NCBI RefSeq assembly: GCF_030684315.1
Contig: NC_081363.1
Location: forward strand, 53,882,312 to 53,946,311
Reading direction: 5' to 3'
Length of the DNA stretch: 64,000 bases
From: Stegostoma tigrinum
Lineage: Eukaryota
Position 1 is the first letter of the stretch; every line of letters starts with the position of its first letter. The notes beneath the pieces were generated by a model. That model was not told where the DNA came from, did no database searches, and saw nothing but the letters and a program-made list of their open reading frames with translations. The translations under genes were made by a program, and so were the position numbers. Positions 14,127-27,465 of the stretch are shown here, one piece after another.

Positions 14127-14559
14127 CTTTCTGTTTATTAGACCACAAGGTAATAAATGTTTTATTCATGTGCTATGCAAGTCCAAACAATTCAAGTTAT
14201 TGCACTAAAGGTTTTTTTAATTCACTGCAATATCATAGAGAGAATGGGAGGATAACAATTTGTCGCATCATTGCATATAATGCATTGTTTCTGCTAAAGA
14301 CATATTTCTAAGTGGTTTCTCAACATATTTCAATTCCTTTACAAACAGCAAAACCAGCTCATTTGCCTTTTACAGAAAGAGGCAGCCACTATGTGGTGGT
14401 GGTATGGTCTTGCACAGTCACACTGTTCTCTCATCTTATCTCTTGGAACCCCTACAATGTGGAAGCAAGACATTCAGCCCATCAAGTCCACACCAATCCA
14501 CTGAACAACATCCCACCCAGACCCACCCCATACATTTCCCATCATTCTGCACATCTTTG
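14127..14559 (-). repeat. Right arm of inverted duplication 1
   Basis: ctttctgtttattagaccacaaggtaataaatg...ttctgcacatctttg is the reverse complement of the left arm. Confidence 0.95.
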
Positions 14560-14692
14560 GGCTGTGGGAGTAACCCACTCAGACGCAGGGCGCATGTGAA
14601 AATACATACAGGCAGTTGCCACAGGGTGAAATCTAACCCAAATCTCTGAGCTGTGAGGCAGCAGTGCTAACCTCTGAGTCACCATGCTGCCC
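14444..14692 (-). mobile_element. HE1-type SINE, internally deleted
   Basis: The antisense tRNA head reads gctgtgaggcagcagtgctaacctctgagtcaccatgctgccc, and core and tail are present. Confidence 0.85.
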
Positions 14693-15426
14693 TGAGCAAT
14701 TCATAGCACAGTAACACCTTTTCAGAGAGTTTAGACAGTGAGCAGAGTTATAATAGTTTGCATTACTGAGCATGAATAGCAATGAGGATCTGAAATTGGA
14801 AGAAAGGGACTATTCCATGAATTGATTGTGGTGGTATGATTAGTTGATTCTAAAGGAGGCTACTTGCTCATTTGGCTGTGTAACGTACTGCAACAGACAT
14901 TCAATATACCTTGAAGGAATATGCTTGAGAAATCATTACTTTATCCTGGCATATGACCTAATGGTATTCTGCAGGCAATCTTCATCTTACTAAGCTCTGC
15001 TGTCTTGCAGAATGAAACGCTGTGGGAAGCTTGCTATAGTACATCCAAATTTCTTAAGGTAAGGAATACTTGTGATTGTCATGTTCGTGTGTAAATACTA
15101 GGTGGTATATAAAAGGTAATTAAGTTCTTCAGTACTATGTGTCCTAGGTCTCATTTGTGTTAGTGAAGCTAACATTAGCATCATAGCGAGATAATTGCAT
15201 ATTATCAACTATCACACCTTACCACATCATTTCATATGTCTCAGGGACACAGTCTTCAAAAGATGCCAACAGTTTCAATGCTAATGGCCAAGTGGGAGAA
15301 TTTCACAAGACATTTCCACAGCATTGCAGGATGTTTCTCATCAACTGCAGAATGTTATCAAACTTTCACAAACCAAAAAAAATCTACAGCTTCAAGATCC
15401 TAGAAACAGCTTCTCAGATATTGCTT

Positions 15427-16712
15427 CAGCATGGATTTAGTAAGGGGAGGCCATGCCTGACAAATCTGTTAGAATTCTTTGAAGAAGTAACAAGTATGTT
15501 AGACCAGGGAAACCCAGTAGATGTTATCTATTTAGACTTCCAAAAGGCCTTTGATATGGTGCCTCATGGGAGCCTGCTGAGCAAGGTGAGGGCCCATGGT
15601 GTTCGAGGTGAGCTACTGGCTTGGATTGAGGAATGGCTATCTGACAGAAGGCAGAAAGTTGGGATAAAAGGCTCTTTTTCGGAATGGCAACCGGTAATGA
15701 GTGGTGTCCCGCAGGGTTCAGTGTTGGGGCCACAGCTGTTCACCTTACATGCTAATGATCTGGATGAAGGGGCCGGGGGCATTCTGGAGAAGTTTGCCGA
15801 CGATATGCAGATAGGTGGACAGGGAGGTAGTACTGAGGAGGTGGGGGAGCTACAGAAAGATTTAGACAGTTTAGGAGAGTGGTCCAGGAAATGGCTGATG
15901 AAATTCAATGTAAGCAAATGTGAGGTTTTGCACTTTGGAAAAAAGAATACAGGCATGTACTATTTTCTAAATGGTGAGAAAATTCATAAAGCAGAAGTAC
16001 AAAGGGATCTGGGAGTTTTGGTCCAGGATTCTCTAAAAGTTAACTTGCAGGCAGGGTCCGTGATTAAGAAAGCGAATGTAATGTTGTTGTTTATCTCAAG
16101 AGGATTGGAATATAAAAGTAGTGATGTGCTTCTGAGACTTTATAAAGCTCTAGTTAGGCCCCATTTAGAATACTGTGTCCAATTTTAGGCCCCACTGCTC
16201 AGGAAGGACATACTAGCCCTGGAGCATGCCCAGCGGAGATTCACACGTATGATCCCTGGAATGGTAGGCATAACGTATGATGAATGGCTAAGGATCCTGG
16301 GATTGTACTCATTAGAGTTTAGAAGATTGAGGGGAGATCTAATAGAAACTTACAAGATAATGTATGGCTTAGAAGGAGTGGACGCTGGGAAGTTGTTTTC
16401 ATTAGGTGGGGAGACTAGGACCCTTGGGCATAGCCTTAAAATTAGAGGGGATAAATTTAAAACGGAAATGAGACGACATCTCTTCAGCCAGAGAGTGGTG
16501 GGCTTATGGAATTCATTGCTGCGGAGTGCAGTGGAGGCCAGGACGTTACATGCCTTCAAGGCAGAGATTGACAAATTCTTGATCTCACAAGGAATCAAGG
16601 GCTACGGGGAGAATGCAGGGAAGTGGAGTTGAAATGCCCGTCAGCCATGATTTAAATGGAGGGGTGGACTTGATGGGCCGAACGGCCTTACTTCCACTCT
16701 TATGTCTTATGT
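15427..16712 (+). mobile_element. 5'-truncated CR1 LINE (RT C-terminal half plus 3' UTR), relatively young
   Basis: Encodes QHGFSKGRPCLTNLLEFFEEVT, VDVIYLDFQKAFD, SGVPQGSVLGP, FADD, YKALVRPHLEYCVQF and FSQRVVGLWNSL. A TAG replaces Trp at 16186-16188, and the tail is cttatgtcttatgt. Confidence 0.95.
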
Positions 16713-16855
16713 ACTTATATTCAAGGAGAAATGAACAGCAGAAGGATGTATTGAAAAGCATCAAATAAGAAAGCTTCCACAATCTGATAAGGATTATCAT
16801 ATCTATGATAAGATTGGTCAATAGTGTTGCAGGAATTACAAGTGATAAACCTAAA

Positions 16856-17066
16856 AAGATAACAAGGTGTAGAGTTGGATGAACACAGCAGGCCAAGCAG
16901 CATTTGAGGAGCAGGAAAGCTAATGTTTCTTCATTTCTGAAGAAGGGCCCAGAACCAAAACGTTTAACTTTGCTGCTCGTGTGGTGCTGCTTGGCCTGCT
17001 GCGTTCATCCAGTTCCACACCTTGTTATCTCAGATTCCCCACTATCAGCAGTTCCAACTATCTCTA
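16856..17066. mobile_element. PLE-derived fold-back mini-element with 11-bp TSD
   Basis: Inverted arms agataacaaggtgt...cagcaggccaagcagca / tgctgcttggcctgctg...acaccttgttatct. The TSD ataaacctaaa lies at 16845-16855 and 17067-17077. Confidence 0.85.
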
Positions 17067-18207
17067 ATAAACCTAAATGCTTGTGAAGCCTGAAGAATGT
17101 CAATAAATCTTTATTGAATGGCTTCATACAAGAACAAAGTTCAGATATGGGCTTTATTCCTTCCCTTCACCAATAAGTCAGAAGCTGATCCTGCTGGCCA
17201 GCAAATACTTTGAGACAATGCCAGAATTCTGAGGAGCCTGGGACAGGACCACAGCCTTCCAGAATCCATTCATTTTGGAGTGATAGCTATGTAACTTAAG
17301 TTAGTTGGTTGACCACAAAAGATGAAACACAATGTTAAGATTACTTGTAGAAAGGGCATATGGACTTTGTCAGTAATTCTTGATGATTTTTGTTTCTTAA
17401 ATGAAAGAAAATTTGATTGCATAGAGATTTTGTCTTTGTGTAGCCTTTTAATTTTTGTGGATTGAATGTTAGGTTTGAAAAGAAAATATTGCTTTCAGTT
17501 TCATGAAGAATCTTGGCCGATATTTTGGAAATTAAGACAAATTATAATTCTATGCAAAGAGCAGGCATTTGTAAAATGGCTTTATTTACTCGGTCAACCT
17601 TCTTTGATCATAAGTTCTGAACTCTCATCATGTTCTTTTTGGTCTCGCAGGAAGCATGACAGTCTTGACCATTCCCTTTGTGTTCTTGGCTATCGATGTA
17701 AGAAAGAGTTACGTTTGGTAATGTTTGACTTTGAGCATTTGAATATTCACACTTTCACCTTTCTGCTTTATAAAGTAAAGAAAATAAATCACCATTGAAA
17801 AATCTGTTTAGGATGTAAAGCAGTGTGCTTAACAGAGATGAGGCCAGGAAACAGCAAAAAAATTCTGATTCAAACGCCTGACATTATTGTTATGAAAACA
17901 AACAAAGCCTTCAGAGATGGCCCTCAAATTGGCCATCTGGTTGCACTCTGCCTCAGGGCAACCTTGAAACCAAAAAAACCCCATCAAATTTTGATGAAGA
18001 AAACCTTTTCAGCTCTGTTATACTGTGAATAGTAAAAGGACTGTACCGCAGATAAAGCTGCTGTTTTATTTTGGTTGGTTCTCAAACTGCCATGAAGACA
18101 ACAGTTTGGATTAGCCTTTAGAGGTAAGTGAAATATGCTTGTTGTTCACCGCACTTAAAGTACCCCACAGGCATTTTGTGGGCTTTTGAGCAACAACATA
18201 GAATGCT

Positions 18208-18704
18208 AGATAATAAAATGTGAGGCTGGATGAACACAGCAGGCCCAGCAGCATCTCAGGAGCACAAAAGCTGACGTTTCGGGCCTAGCCCCTTCATCAG
18301 AGAGGGGGATGGGGTGAGGGCTCTGGAATAAATAGGGAGAGAGGGGGAGGTGGACCGAAGATGGAGAGAAAAGAAGATAGGTGGAGAGAGTATAGGTGGG
18401 GAGGTAGGGAGGGGATAGGTCAGTCCAGGGAAGACGGACAGGTCAAGGAGGTGGGATGAGGTTAGTAGGTAGGAGATGGAGGTGCGGCTTGGGGTGGGAG
18501 GAAGGATGGGTGAGAGGAAGAACAGGTTAGGGAGGCAGAGACAGGTTGGACTGGTTTTGGGATGCAGTGGGTGGAGGGGAAGAGCTGGGCTGGTTGTGTG
18601 GTGCAGTGGGGGGAGGGGACGAACTGGGCTGGTTTAGGGATGCGGTGGGGGAAGGGGAGATTTTGAAGCTGGTGAAGTCCACATTGATACCATTGGGCTG
18701 CAGG
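18208..18704 (-). mobile_element. Young PLE 3' fragment (end of GIY-YIG plus 3' UTR) with 7-bp TSD
   Basis: Nearly identical to 58968-59462. It encodes LQPNGINVDFTSFKISPSP..., and the TSD gaatgct lies at 18201-18207 and 18705-18711. Confidence 0.92.
18270..18303 (-). ncRNA. Minimal hammerhead ribozyme motif (second copy)
   Basis: The minus strand reads CUGAUGAAGGGGCUAGGCCCGAAACGUCAG. The core is intact and there is one substitution in stem II. Confidence 0.72.
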
Positions 18705-18815
18705 GAATGCTTAACATTTTTTTCAGTACAAGGCCTTCTGCATGAGAGCTGGGGCATATGACAGCAGGATGGGAAATACCCAGCTCCTCATTAAGACACA
18801 CAGAGTTTAAACCAG

Positions 18816-19099
18816 AAAGTAATACAGTGTGGAGCTGGAGGCACACCGCAGACCAGGCAGCATCAGAGGAGCAGGAAAGTTGGCATTTTGAGTCGGGACC
18901 CTTCTTCAGAAATGGGGCTCCACATTAGGGTTATAAATCACTCAGAGATAATAAGAACTGCCAATGCTGGAGTCTTAGATCACACAGTGTGGAGCTGGAG
19001 GAGCACAGCCGGCTAGGCAGCATCAGAGGAGCAGGAAAGTTGATGTTTCTGGTTGGGAGTCTTCTTCAAACTCCAATATTGGCAGTCCTTACCATGTCA
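18816..19099 (-). mobile_element. Two tandem PLE-derived tails plus a short inverted end
   Basis: There are two copies of cagtgtggagctggagg...agcatcagaggagcaggaaagttg...cttcttca. A possible shared TSD taaaccag lies at 18808-18815 and 19100-19107. Confidence 0.7.
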
Positions 19100-20210
19100 T
19101 AAACCAGGACGTGTCAGTTAAAGTTTTTAATTCATATCAAAATAATGGACAGCGAGAAAGAGAGAGAGAGAGAGATACAGACAGCAGTGAAAAGGAAAAT
19201 ACATACATTTTAAAAATCATTAAGACGTTGAATTGGAAGGAGTGAGATGACATTCTTAGAAAATTACACTTTCAGTGCCAGAGAAGTTATTTGGTAGAAG
19301 TTCAAATCTACTATGCTGTTAGGTACGCTAGCCATCACTTTCCTTGCTAATCCAGTGGACAAATGCTGCAAGTGCAAATCCTGACCTGGAATTTAAACTC
19401 TATTTGCTCAGAGAAGTATCACTCCTTCACATCTTTTGCAAGATTAGGAATAATTAGATAGCATTTTTTGGATTTTCATGCTTAATTGTTTTTCATTCAC
19501 TTCGTGATAACACTGGCACAGTTAGCCTTGTCAAAAATCTTGTCACAAATTACATGCCATTAAATTGACGTCCAGAAATCTTGCCATACTTGGAAGCATT
19601 TTGATATGTAAATAAGGTCTTAAATCTGTGATGGACAGACAGAGCAAGTAATAGACTGGAATGAAAAGATCATGAGCCTTCCTTTCCTATTGGTGCAAGT
19701 ATGCCAATGAAATCTACTCTGAAATAATTATACTCATCAGAAGGCCTATTACAGAAGCATATTTTCATTTTCAAAATCATCACAATAAATAAATAATCTT
19801 GTAGGATTTGAATCAGATTTTTTAACATTCCTTTTTTAAAAAGATATTTCTCCTACTCAGAATGCAAAATAAAAGAAGTAACGTCAGACAGTGAGAAACT
19901 ATTAACAATTTAAATTCTCACAATTACAGGAGAAACTTGGTTATTGATTATGGCTGATTTCTTGGTTGGTCACATTTGTTCAGACTTTCTTTTCAACATG
20001 CAGTAAAAATCTATTTCTTTGTGTCTTTATCTTTTATGACCTCATTTGAAGTATACATTATCTTTGCATAAAGTTACAAATATAAGCATGAATCTGCTCA
20101 AGGCATTGGATTTTATGCTCGACACCTCCTCCCATCACTCCCTTAGTGGGTTTAAGTATGCATGTAGATGGGACATGAAAAGTCCAATCAATTATCTTCA
20201 TCACCTACTT

Positions 20211-22268
20211 AGAGTCATAGAGGTGTACAGCATGGTGAAAGATCCTTCAGACCTACTCATCCTTGCTGACCAGTCATCCTCAATGAATCCAGTGCTCATT
20301 TTCCAGCATTTGGCCCATATCCTTCTAAACCTTCCGATTCATATACCTATCCACATGCCTGTTAAATGTTGTAATTGTACTAGCCTCCATCATTTCTTCT
20401 GGCAGCTCATTTCCATAAATACACCACCCTCTGCATGAAAATGTTGCCTCTGAGATCCCTTTTAAATCTTTCCCCTCTCACCTTCTATTGACATCCTCTA
20501 GTTTTGGGTTCCCCCACTCCAGGGAAAAAAAAATCCTTGTCTATTTTCCCTATCCATACCTCCTCATGATTTTATAAACCTCTATAAGATCACCCCTCAG
20601 CTTTCGACGCTCCAGGGAAAATAGCCCCAGCCTATTCAGACTCTCCCTATAACTCAACCCGTCCCCCCCCAAATCCTGGCAACACCCGTGTAAATCCTTT
20701 CTGAGCCCTTTCAAGTTTCGCAACATCCTTCCTATAGCAGGGAAACCAGAATTGCATGCAGTATTCCAGTAGTGACCTAACCAATGTCCTGCACAAGCGC
20801 AACATGACCTCCCAACTACTATACTCAATGCACTGGCCAATAAAAGCAAGCATACCAAATGCCTTCTTCATTATCCTGTTTACCTGCAACTTCATTTTCA
20901 AGGAAATATGAACCTGCACTCCAAGGTCTCTGTTCAGCAACATTCTCCAGGACCTTAGCATTAAGTGCATAAGTCCCACCCTGATTTGCCTTTCCGAAAT
21001 GCCACGTCTCACACTTATCCAAATTAAACTCCATCTACTACACTTCAGCCCATTGCTTCATCCGATCAAGATCCTGTTGTACTCTGAGGTAATCTGCTGT
21101 CCAATACACCTCCAATTTTAGTGTCACATGCAAGCTTACTAACTATATCTCCTATGTTCACGTTCAAATCATTTATATAAATGATGAAAAAGCAGTGGAC
21201 CCAGTACTGATCCTGTGTACACCACTGGTCAGAGACCTCCAGGCTGAAAAGCAAGTCTCCACCACCAAAACCCTCTGTCTTCTGTCTTTGAGCCAGTTCT
21301 GTATCTAAATAGCTAGCTCTCCCTATATTGTTCTATCGTTGCTAACCAGTCTACTATGAGGAGCCTTGTCAAATGTTTTACAGGAGTCCATATAGGTCAC
21401 ATCCACCTCTCTGGTTTCATTAATTCTCCTTGTTACTTCTTCAAAAAACTCAATTAAATGAGTGAGACATGATTTCCCATGCACAGAGCCATGTTGACTA
21501 CTCCTAATCAGTCCTTGTCTTTCCAAATACATGTAAATTCTCTCCCTCAGGATTCCCTCCAACAACTTGCTCACCATTGAAGTCAGGTTCACCAATCTAT
21601 AGTTCTCTGGCATTTCCTTACCACCTTTCTTAAATAATGGCACCACATTAATCAACCTCCACTCTTCCAGCACATCAGCTGTGGCTATTAATGATACAAA
21701 TATCTCAACAAGGGGCCCAATGATCACTTTCCTTGCTTCCAACTGAGTTCTGGGGTGCATCTGATCAGGGCCTGGGTATTTACCTACCTTCATGTATTTT
21801 AAGCTGTCCAGCACCTCCTCCTTTGTAGTATGGACATTTTTCAAGATGTCGCTACTTATTTTCCCATGTTCTATATCTTCCATCTCCTTCTCCAAAGTAA
21901 ATACCAAAGCAAAATACTTGTTTAGTATCTCCCCCATATCCTAAGGCTCAATGCATAGTCGGCCTTGCTGATCTTTAAGGGGCCCTAATCTCTTACTAGT
22001 TACCCTTTTGTCCTTAATGTATTTGTAGAATCCTTTTAGATTCTGCTGAACCCTATTTACCAAGGCTATCTCATGTCCCCCTTTTGCCCCCCTGATCTCC
22101 CTCTCAAGTATACTCCTACTGTCTTTATATTCTTCTAGGGATTCACTCCAATTTTGCTCTTTATACCTGATATATGCTTCCTTCTTTTTCTTGACCAAAA
22201 CCTCAATTTCTCTAGTCATTCAGCATTCCCCACACCTACTAGACTTGCCTTTCACCCAAACAGGAACA
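20211..22268 (-). mobile_element. Decayed CR1 LINE (ORF2 linker, RT and tail)
   Basis: Minus-strand peptides include PGPDQMHPR, NVVPLFKKG, NYRLVNLTS, SQHGSVHGKSCLTHLIEFFEEVT, MEFNLDKCE and LGLFSLERRKLRGDLIEVYKIM. Confidence 0.93.
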
Positions 22269-22625
22269 TAACTTTGTCTGCTTGTCACCTGTCTGGAATT
22301 TTAGGGAAGGTGGCAGAGATGTCAGATGGTTTTGTGGGCCTTATAAGGCTCTGAGTGACCAACAAATAACCACTTAAGAACCTCATAGCACCATTGTCAA
22401 CATCTGGTTTTACCTAAAGTGACAGCAGTCTTGCGCTGTACTAGAAAATTCTCAAGTGAGGGATGGAGTTCACATGCAGTCTTCCCATATCCTGAGCCAC
22501 TCCTCCCCGAAACTGCGAACCCCTACTGCAATACTTCCTGCACCCTCCAATTCCAGTCCGAACTTCCTCCCCCAACTAAATAAAAACCTTTGACCGTGTA
22601 ATCACCACCAATTCTCCAACTGCAA

Positions 22626-22755
22626 TTCTGAAGAAAAGTCATACCGGACTCGAGATGTTGACTGTCACAATCTCCACAGATGCTGCAGGCCTGCTCAGTT
22701 TCTTCAGAATTCTGAGCTTCTTTCAGATTTTCAGCACTCACAGTACTTTACCTTT
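22626..22755 (+). mobile_element. PLE-derived mini-element, single arm
   Basis: It starts with ttctgaagaaaagtc...gagatgttgact (decayed hammerhead), followed by cagatgctgcaggcctgctcagttt. Confidence 0.65.
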
Positions 22756-22949
22756 GCAAAATGTAACATTTGGTTGCGTGGACAACTGATGTTCACTGCT
22801 CATTGAAGGCCTGAATTATGCCAGCACATGTTCGTTTTCCATGGACATCTGGACACAGCCATAAACAGAGAAGAGGCTAATGAATTATTCCAGTAAGCAG
22901 CTTCCTCGACCTGCTAACAGTCATCTTACCCAGGCTCTGTATCTGTATA

Positions 22950-23070
22950 GGTATTTTATATCAATTCGTTCAGACATGTTATGAGATATTTCTAAAGCAG
23001 GTGAAACTTCACCACAGGTTTCTCTGGACCACAGATAGGGATTCTCCTACTGCACTATAAAAGAACTCTA
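22950..23070 (-). mobile_element. Short decayed tRNA-like SINE, inverted relative of 23240-23355
   Basis: tcaattcgttcagacatgttatgagatatttctaaagcagg is roughly the reverse complement of tgctccagaggtgtgtaataagatccctgaacaggttga. Confidence 0.45.
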
Positions 23071-23239
23071 AAATATTAGACTGGGGTTCTGGATTACTAG
23101 TCCAGTGGCATTACCACTACACTTCTACCTCCACAGCCTGTATCTATAGATAGGAAAACAAGTACATCCCCACTGAATACTGCCTGTCCCACTTGAATGT
23201 AATTCAACATACAGTTAACAAATAGAATGTGGAGCGGGA

Positions 23240-23355
23240 TGGGGTTCCTGAGCTGTAATAGTCATGTTCCTACCTCTGAGCTGACAGGCCTGTGTTCAAG
23301 TCTCATATGCTCCAGAGGTGTGTAATAAGATCCCTGAACAGGTTGATTAAAAAAG
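23240..23355 (+). mobile_element. Short tRNA-like SINE
   Basis: Has a B-box-like gttcaagtct and an A-rich tail gttgattaaaaaa. Confidence 0.5.
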
Positions 23356-24127
23356 AACAAATCCACTCTCATGAGATTAAACATAATCTTCGGTTCACCT
23401 CTCGGTCTGTGTTGTGAAAATGATTGCCTAGCCATATTAAGTGGTTAAATGATAAATGCAGGAAGGAACACTGCGCCCTGGCTACATATGCCTCCATGGA
23501 TACTGTCAGGAGATGACTGCCCCTCATCTCTGAGCTAAGATCTTCAACTCTGTATGTACTTTAACTTTCCTTTATTCACATTCATGCACAGTGATTCAGA
23601 AATACTACTTTTTAGTGCAGTGTTTAGATCTCTTTCTTCACCTGCTCATTTTAGACTGAGCCTTCCTTTTTCCTGATGTCCAGCTCATGCGACTACTTCA
23701 ATCATCTCTATTTACATGAGTCTCATTACAACACATCTCTGCCAAAGTTTCTCTCAACTTGATATAGATTATTTCAATAGCTTATCCGAACTCTTCAGCA
23801 TTTTAAATTGTGAACATAACTATTACAATCTTCATTTTTCAACATTATTACCACAGGCTTGGATGTTCTGGAACTCTGAATGGAGTCCTGATCTTGTTCA
23901 CTTGAGTTCAACACTAGAGTAAAGATGCTTTAATGTCTGGAATAGTGGTACCATTCTGAACATTGGCTGTCTCACTTCTTGTGCTAATCAGATTTGGTCT
24001 TTCTTCTCAGCTCTATTAGAGTGAAACCCTATTCTTCTGCCTGAATGTTCCTTCTGGTATTCTGACAATATAAGAGCTTGGTTGATATGTTTGGCTGATC
24101 ACCATAGCTCTGACTTCCTGTCTCTTA

Positions 24128-24262
24128 AATAAAAACCGAAAGAGCAGATGCTATAAATCAGAAACAAAAACAAAAGTTGCTGGAAAAGCTCAGCAGGTCT
24201 GGCAGCATCTGTGGAGAGGAATCAGAATTAATTTCGTGGGTCTGGTGAGGAAGGGTCACTGG
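24128..24262 (-). mobile_element. PLE-derived mini-element
   Basis: Contains gttgctggaaaagctcagcaggtctggcagcatctgtggagag and resembles the copies at 8536 and 62252. Confidence 0.65.
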
Positions 24263-24347
24263 AATCTTGTGTCCAAAGCTAAAATAAACCTCGGCTGCCT
24301 GTTCTTTTGGATTTACTCTGCTTAATTACATTCTCAGTTTGGAGACG

Positions 24348-24568
24348 TTATAGAGTCATAGAGTCACAGAGCATGGAAACTGACCCTTTGATCCAACCAG
24401 TCCATACTAACATAATCCAAAACTGAATTAGTCCCACCTACCTGTTCCTGGCCCATATGCTTTCAAACCTTTCTTATTCATGTATTTATCCAAATGTCTT
24501 TTTAACATTGTAATTGTGCCACATCCACCACTTCCTTAGGAAGTTCATTCCACATGAGCCATCCTCTG
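24348..24568 (-). mobile_element. CR1 3' end
   Basis: Has the tail repeat atagagtcatagagtcacagag and an antisense CR1 3' UTR. Confidence 0.85.
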
Positions 24569-24574
24569 AGGTTG

Positions 24575-26640
24575 TGATCTGAAATTGGTGCATACATTTT
24601 TAACCTTCTCCCCAGTAACAATTGTGCATGCGATCGTTCTTTCTTTTCAATGGTGTTGCTCTGTAATTGGACAGAGCTAACTCCCAGTCTGGATCAGTAT
24701 CTTGATAGTTTTGACTGCTGTTTTTACCTTGCTTCACATGAGAATGGAGTGGAGAACTTATTAGCTGGTTTATGCCTGCCTCCAAGGAGAACTTACAAAA
24801 CCCTTAGTCATAAGTAGAAGTCTATGGTTTGATTTTTTTTTAGGAAACTTTATATCACAAGATATCTTTCAGTGCTTTGACCACAATCTATTGTGGTTGA
24901 ATTGACTCTTGTCACTTCTACCTATCATAAATATTCGATTAAGATTAAATACATCTTCTTGTTAAAATCTTTCGCACACCATTGTCATGACCTTCCCAGA
25001 ACTCTTTGGCTCTATAGGCACTTGCTGATTTATGGAAATATTGGATGCAGTAAGATGTAATTTTATAATTCTTTCAAAATAATTGACCATGTTAGTGATA
25101 GTTATTTTCTTGCTCTATATTTCATGATATCTAGTTGAATGTATGTAGAATTTCTCTTCATATTGACTTTAGTGTAACCATTCTACCATTTTACACCAAT
25201 ACATCTTCCACTATTTTCAATAGCTATTGTTGCTTGTAGTACCTTTTCAGCACTTGGTCTGCTGGACTATGCCTCAACAGTATTTATAGGCAGAATTATG
25301 TACAAGCCTTGCCTTTTTTTGTCACTTATTGCCAAAGAATAAGACTCCACTTCTATAATTTAAGGTATTCTTTTTCTCTGCTCAATCCACTGTTGCTCAT
25401 GAAAGTGTATCTATTATTATTTACACCTTGCCTGGAACATTGACTATGCCAGGGTCATAGATCTTCAACCTTGTTCTACGTCTTCATAAATAGAGGGATT
25501 TTGGGATTTTTTCTGATCTGAATTATGTTATCAATATCCATCTTTACTAGAAATTTCATTACCATCAGTTGGACTGTGAAATTTTCACATTGCCATGTTG
25601 CTGCTAATGCTTCCTTCTATGGGAACATACATCTTTTCAGTCTCCAAAGCTCTCAACATCAAATAAATTGATTTTTATATTTTATCAGTTTGTTGAATAA
25701 AGACTGCTGCTAATCTCGTAGCAGATGCATCAGTTGCTGTTGTCGTGAATGATCTGGAACGTGATGTGCTTCACTTTAATTCTTCAACATTTATAATCTA
25801 TTCTTGACTCCAATGCCATTGCTCATCTTTCCTCAAAAGTTTTATGAATTAAGTAAGACTGAACACAAAACTGGGGTAAATGTTCCCACTTGATTAACAT
25901 GTCGAAGAAACATTGTACATCATTTACATACTTCAGTGTCAGAGATTCACTGATGATGCAATTTCCTAAGATCCACAATGATGTGTTGTTCTTAGATAAT
26001 GTGTTATTAAATAGTAATTGTCAGCCAAGAGGAAAGGGGCAATCTGTAATACCCTTACCATGTCCCTGATCGTCCTTCTTTGCTTTACCATGCACTGGGA
26101 TATTATGCATATGCCAAATGTTATCTTTCTATCCTTTCAAGATTCTAAGTATTATTTCTTTAGAATATTGCTGGTGCAAGTCAGATCCAAATGGGTCATA
26201 ATAAATGAACTCTTGACTCCTCATCTAAGGCTATCACTGTTTACATACAGTTGAGTGAAGAACTTGCTTTTTCTAACTTTGTCAAACTATTGCCAAGACA
26301 AATGGGATGGATCTCTCCCTTTACTCCTTTGCTTAACTGCATGATAGTAACATAAATTTTAGTTTTCCATATTTTTTGAGAAATGTTACTTACACTGAGC
26401 ATCATTGTGTCACTTTATCACTGGTGCTATGTCTCCACTTTCAATCATACTGTCTAATTAAAATGGATAATTAACCATCAGAGGATGATGAATTTTCCTG
26501 GAAGCATACGAGCAAATGGGCTTAGCATCTTTTGCGGTGCAATAATACTCCAGCTTCCATTTGTCTTAATGGTTGAGTAGCTTTCCATATTCTTGCTGAA
26601 ATTCTCTATCTTCATTCTGAAATATTATATCTACCCTTTA
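24575..26640 (-). mobile_element. Decayed Ty3/Gypsy pol remnant
   Basis: Integrase C-terminal motif DPDWELALSNYRATPL (ORF 24600..24785), RNase H TTATDASA near 25720-25745, and RT-like sequence near 26100-26280. There are many stops. Confidence 0.7.
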
Positions 26641-27465
26641 CGAGACCTAAATGAATAAGTCAGTTTCTGTTTATCAATGGAATATTCAGATTCCTCAGTA
26701 TCTATAATGTTTCAATAACATTTCCTCCATGGTGGTTAAGCTTCTCGGTGATTTGCCCATGTAACTGAATGTCTCTGCTTCTTCCGCTTTGGAGTTTGTG
26801 TTAACTGGTCTGATTCTTAGGCTTCAATTGTAGTAAGCATTCTGCCTTGTGTGTTAAGATTATAATCTATTTCAAACCCTTATGCCTAACAATGGCTTCA
26901 GCAATGACTGTTGCAGTAATGCCCAAACCTGCTTCATTCAGCATGGTTTGTAAATGTAGATATGTCCCTCTGCAGATAACAACTGATGCCTTCAGTTGCA
27001 TACCACCTTGGCCAACAAAGAAGAGAGAGAAATGTGGCAGTGTTAGTGGTATGTATGGTGTTCAGGTAGTGTATCCGTAACAATGGAGTAGCAGGTGACA
27101 TGCACAAATGGAAATTTGTGGGCATGAAGCTTGCCACAGTCCTGAACATATATGGGTGAGGAGAATCCCCTAAATGTCACACATGAGTTCAGAATTTTGG
27201 AGTTACCTGGAGGGTGAGTGATCAGGGTGCAGTGAATTGAGCCCAGAAGGAAAAATTCTGTAAAAATGGCCAGTTGGACATAATGGTCTGACTCGTCATA
27301 TAGACTTCAAAATGGAGGTAAGTACGACCAGAATGTTTATTTCCAAGTATTATTAACTTTTAAAAACCTTTTTTATTAATTAAAATGTTTTTACATCTGA
27401 GTGTGGCACCAGAATTAAGCAATATATTGATAGAAGTTAATGTTTGAAAATGTATTCACTGTTTT

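Noticed and set aside
15292-16188. 298-aa ORF as a host gene
   Set aside because: It is CR1 RT, with the first ~45 codons coming from chance read-in of flanking DNA (GTG start). It ends at a premature stop.
18089-18129. gccATG followed by a gag|gtaagt donor
   Set aside because: An in-frame TAG occurs before the donor.
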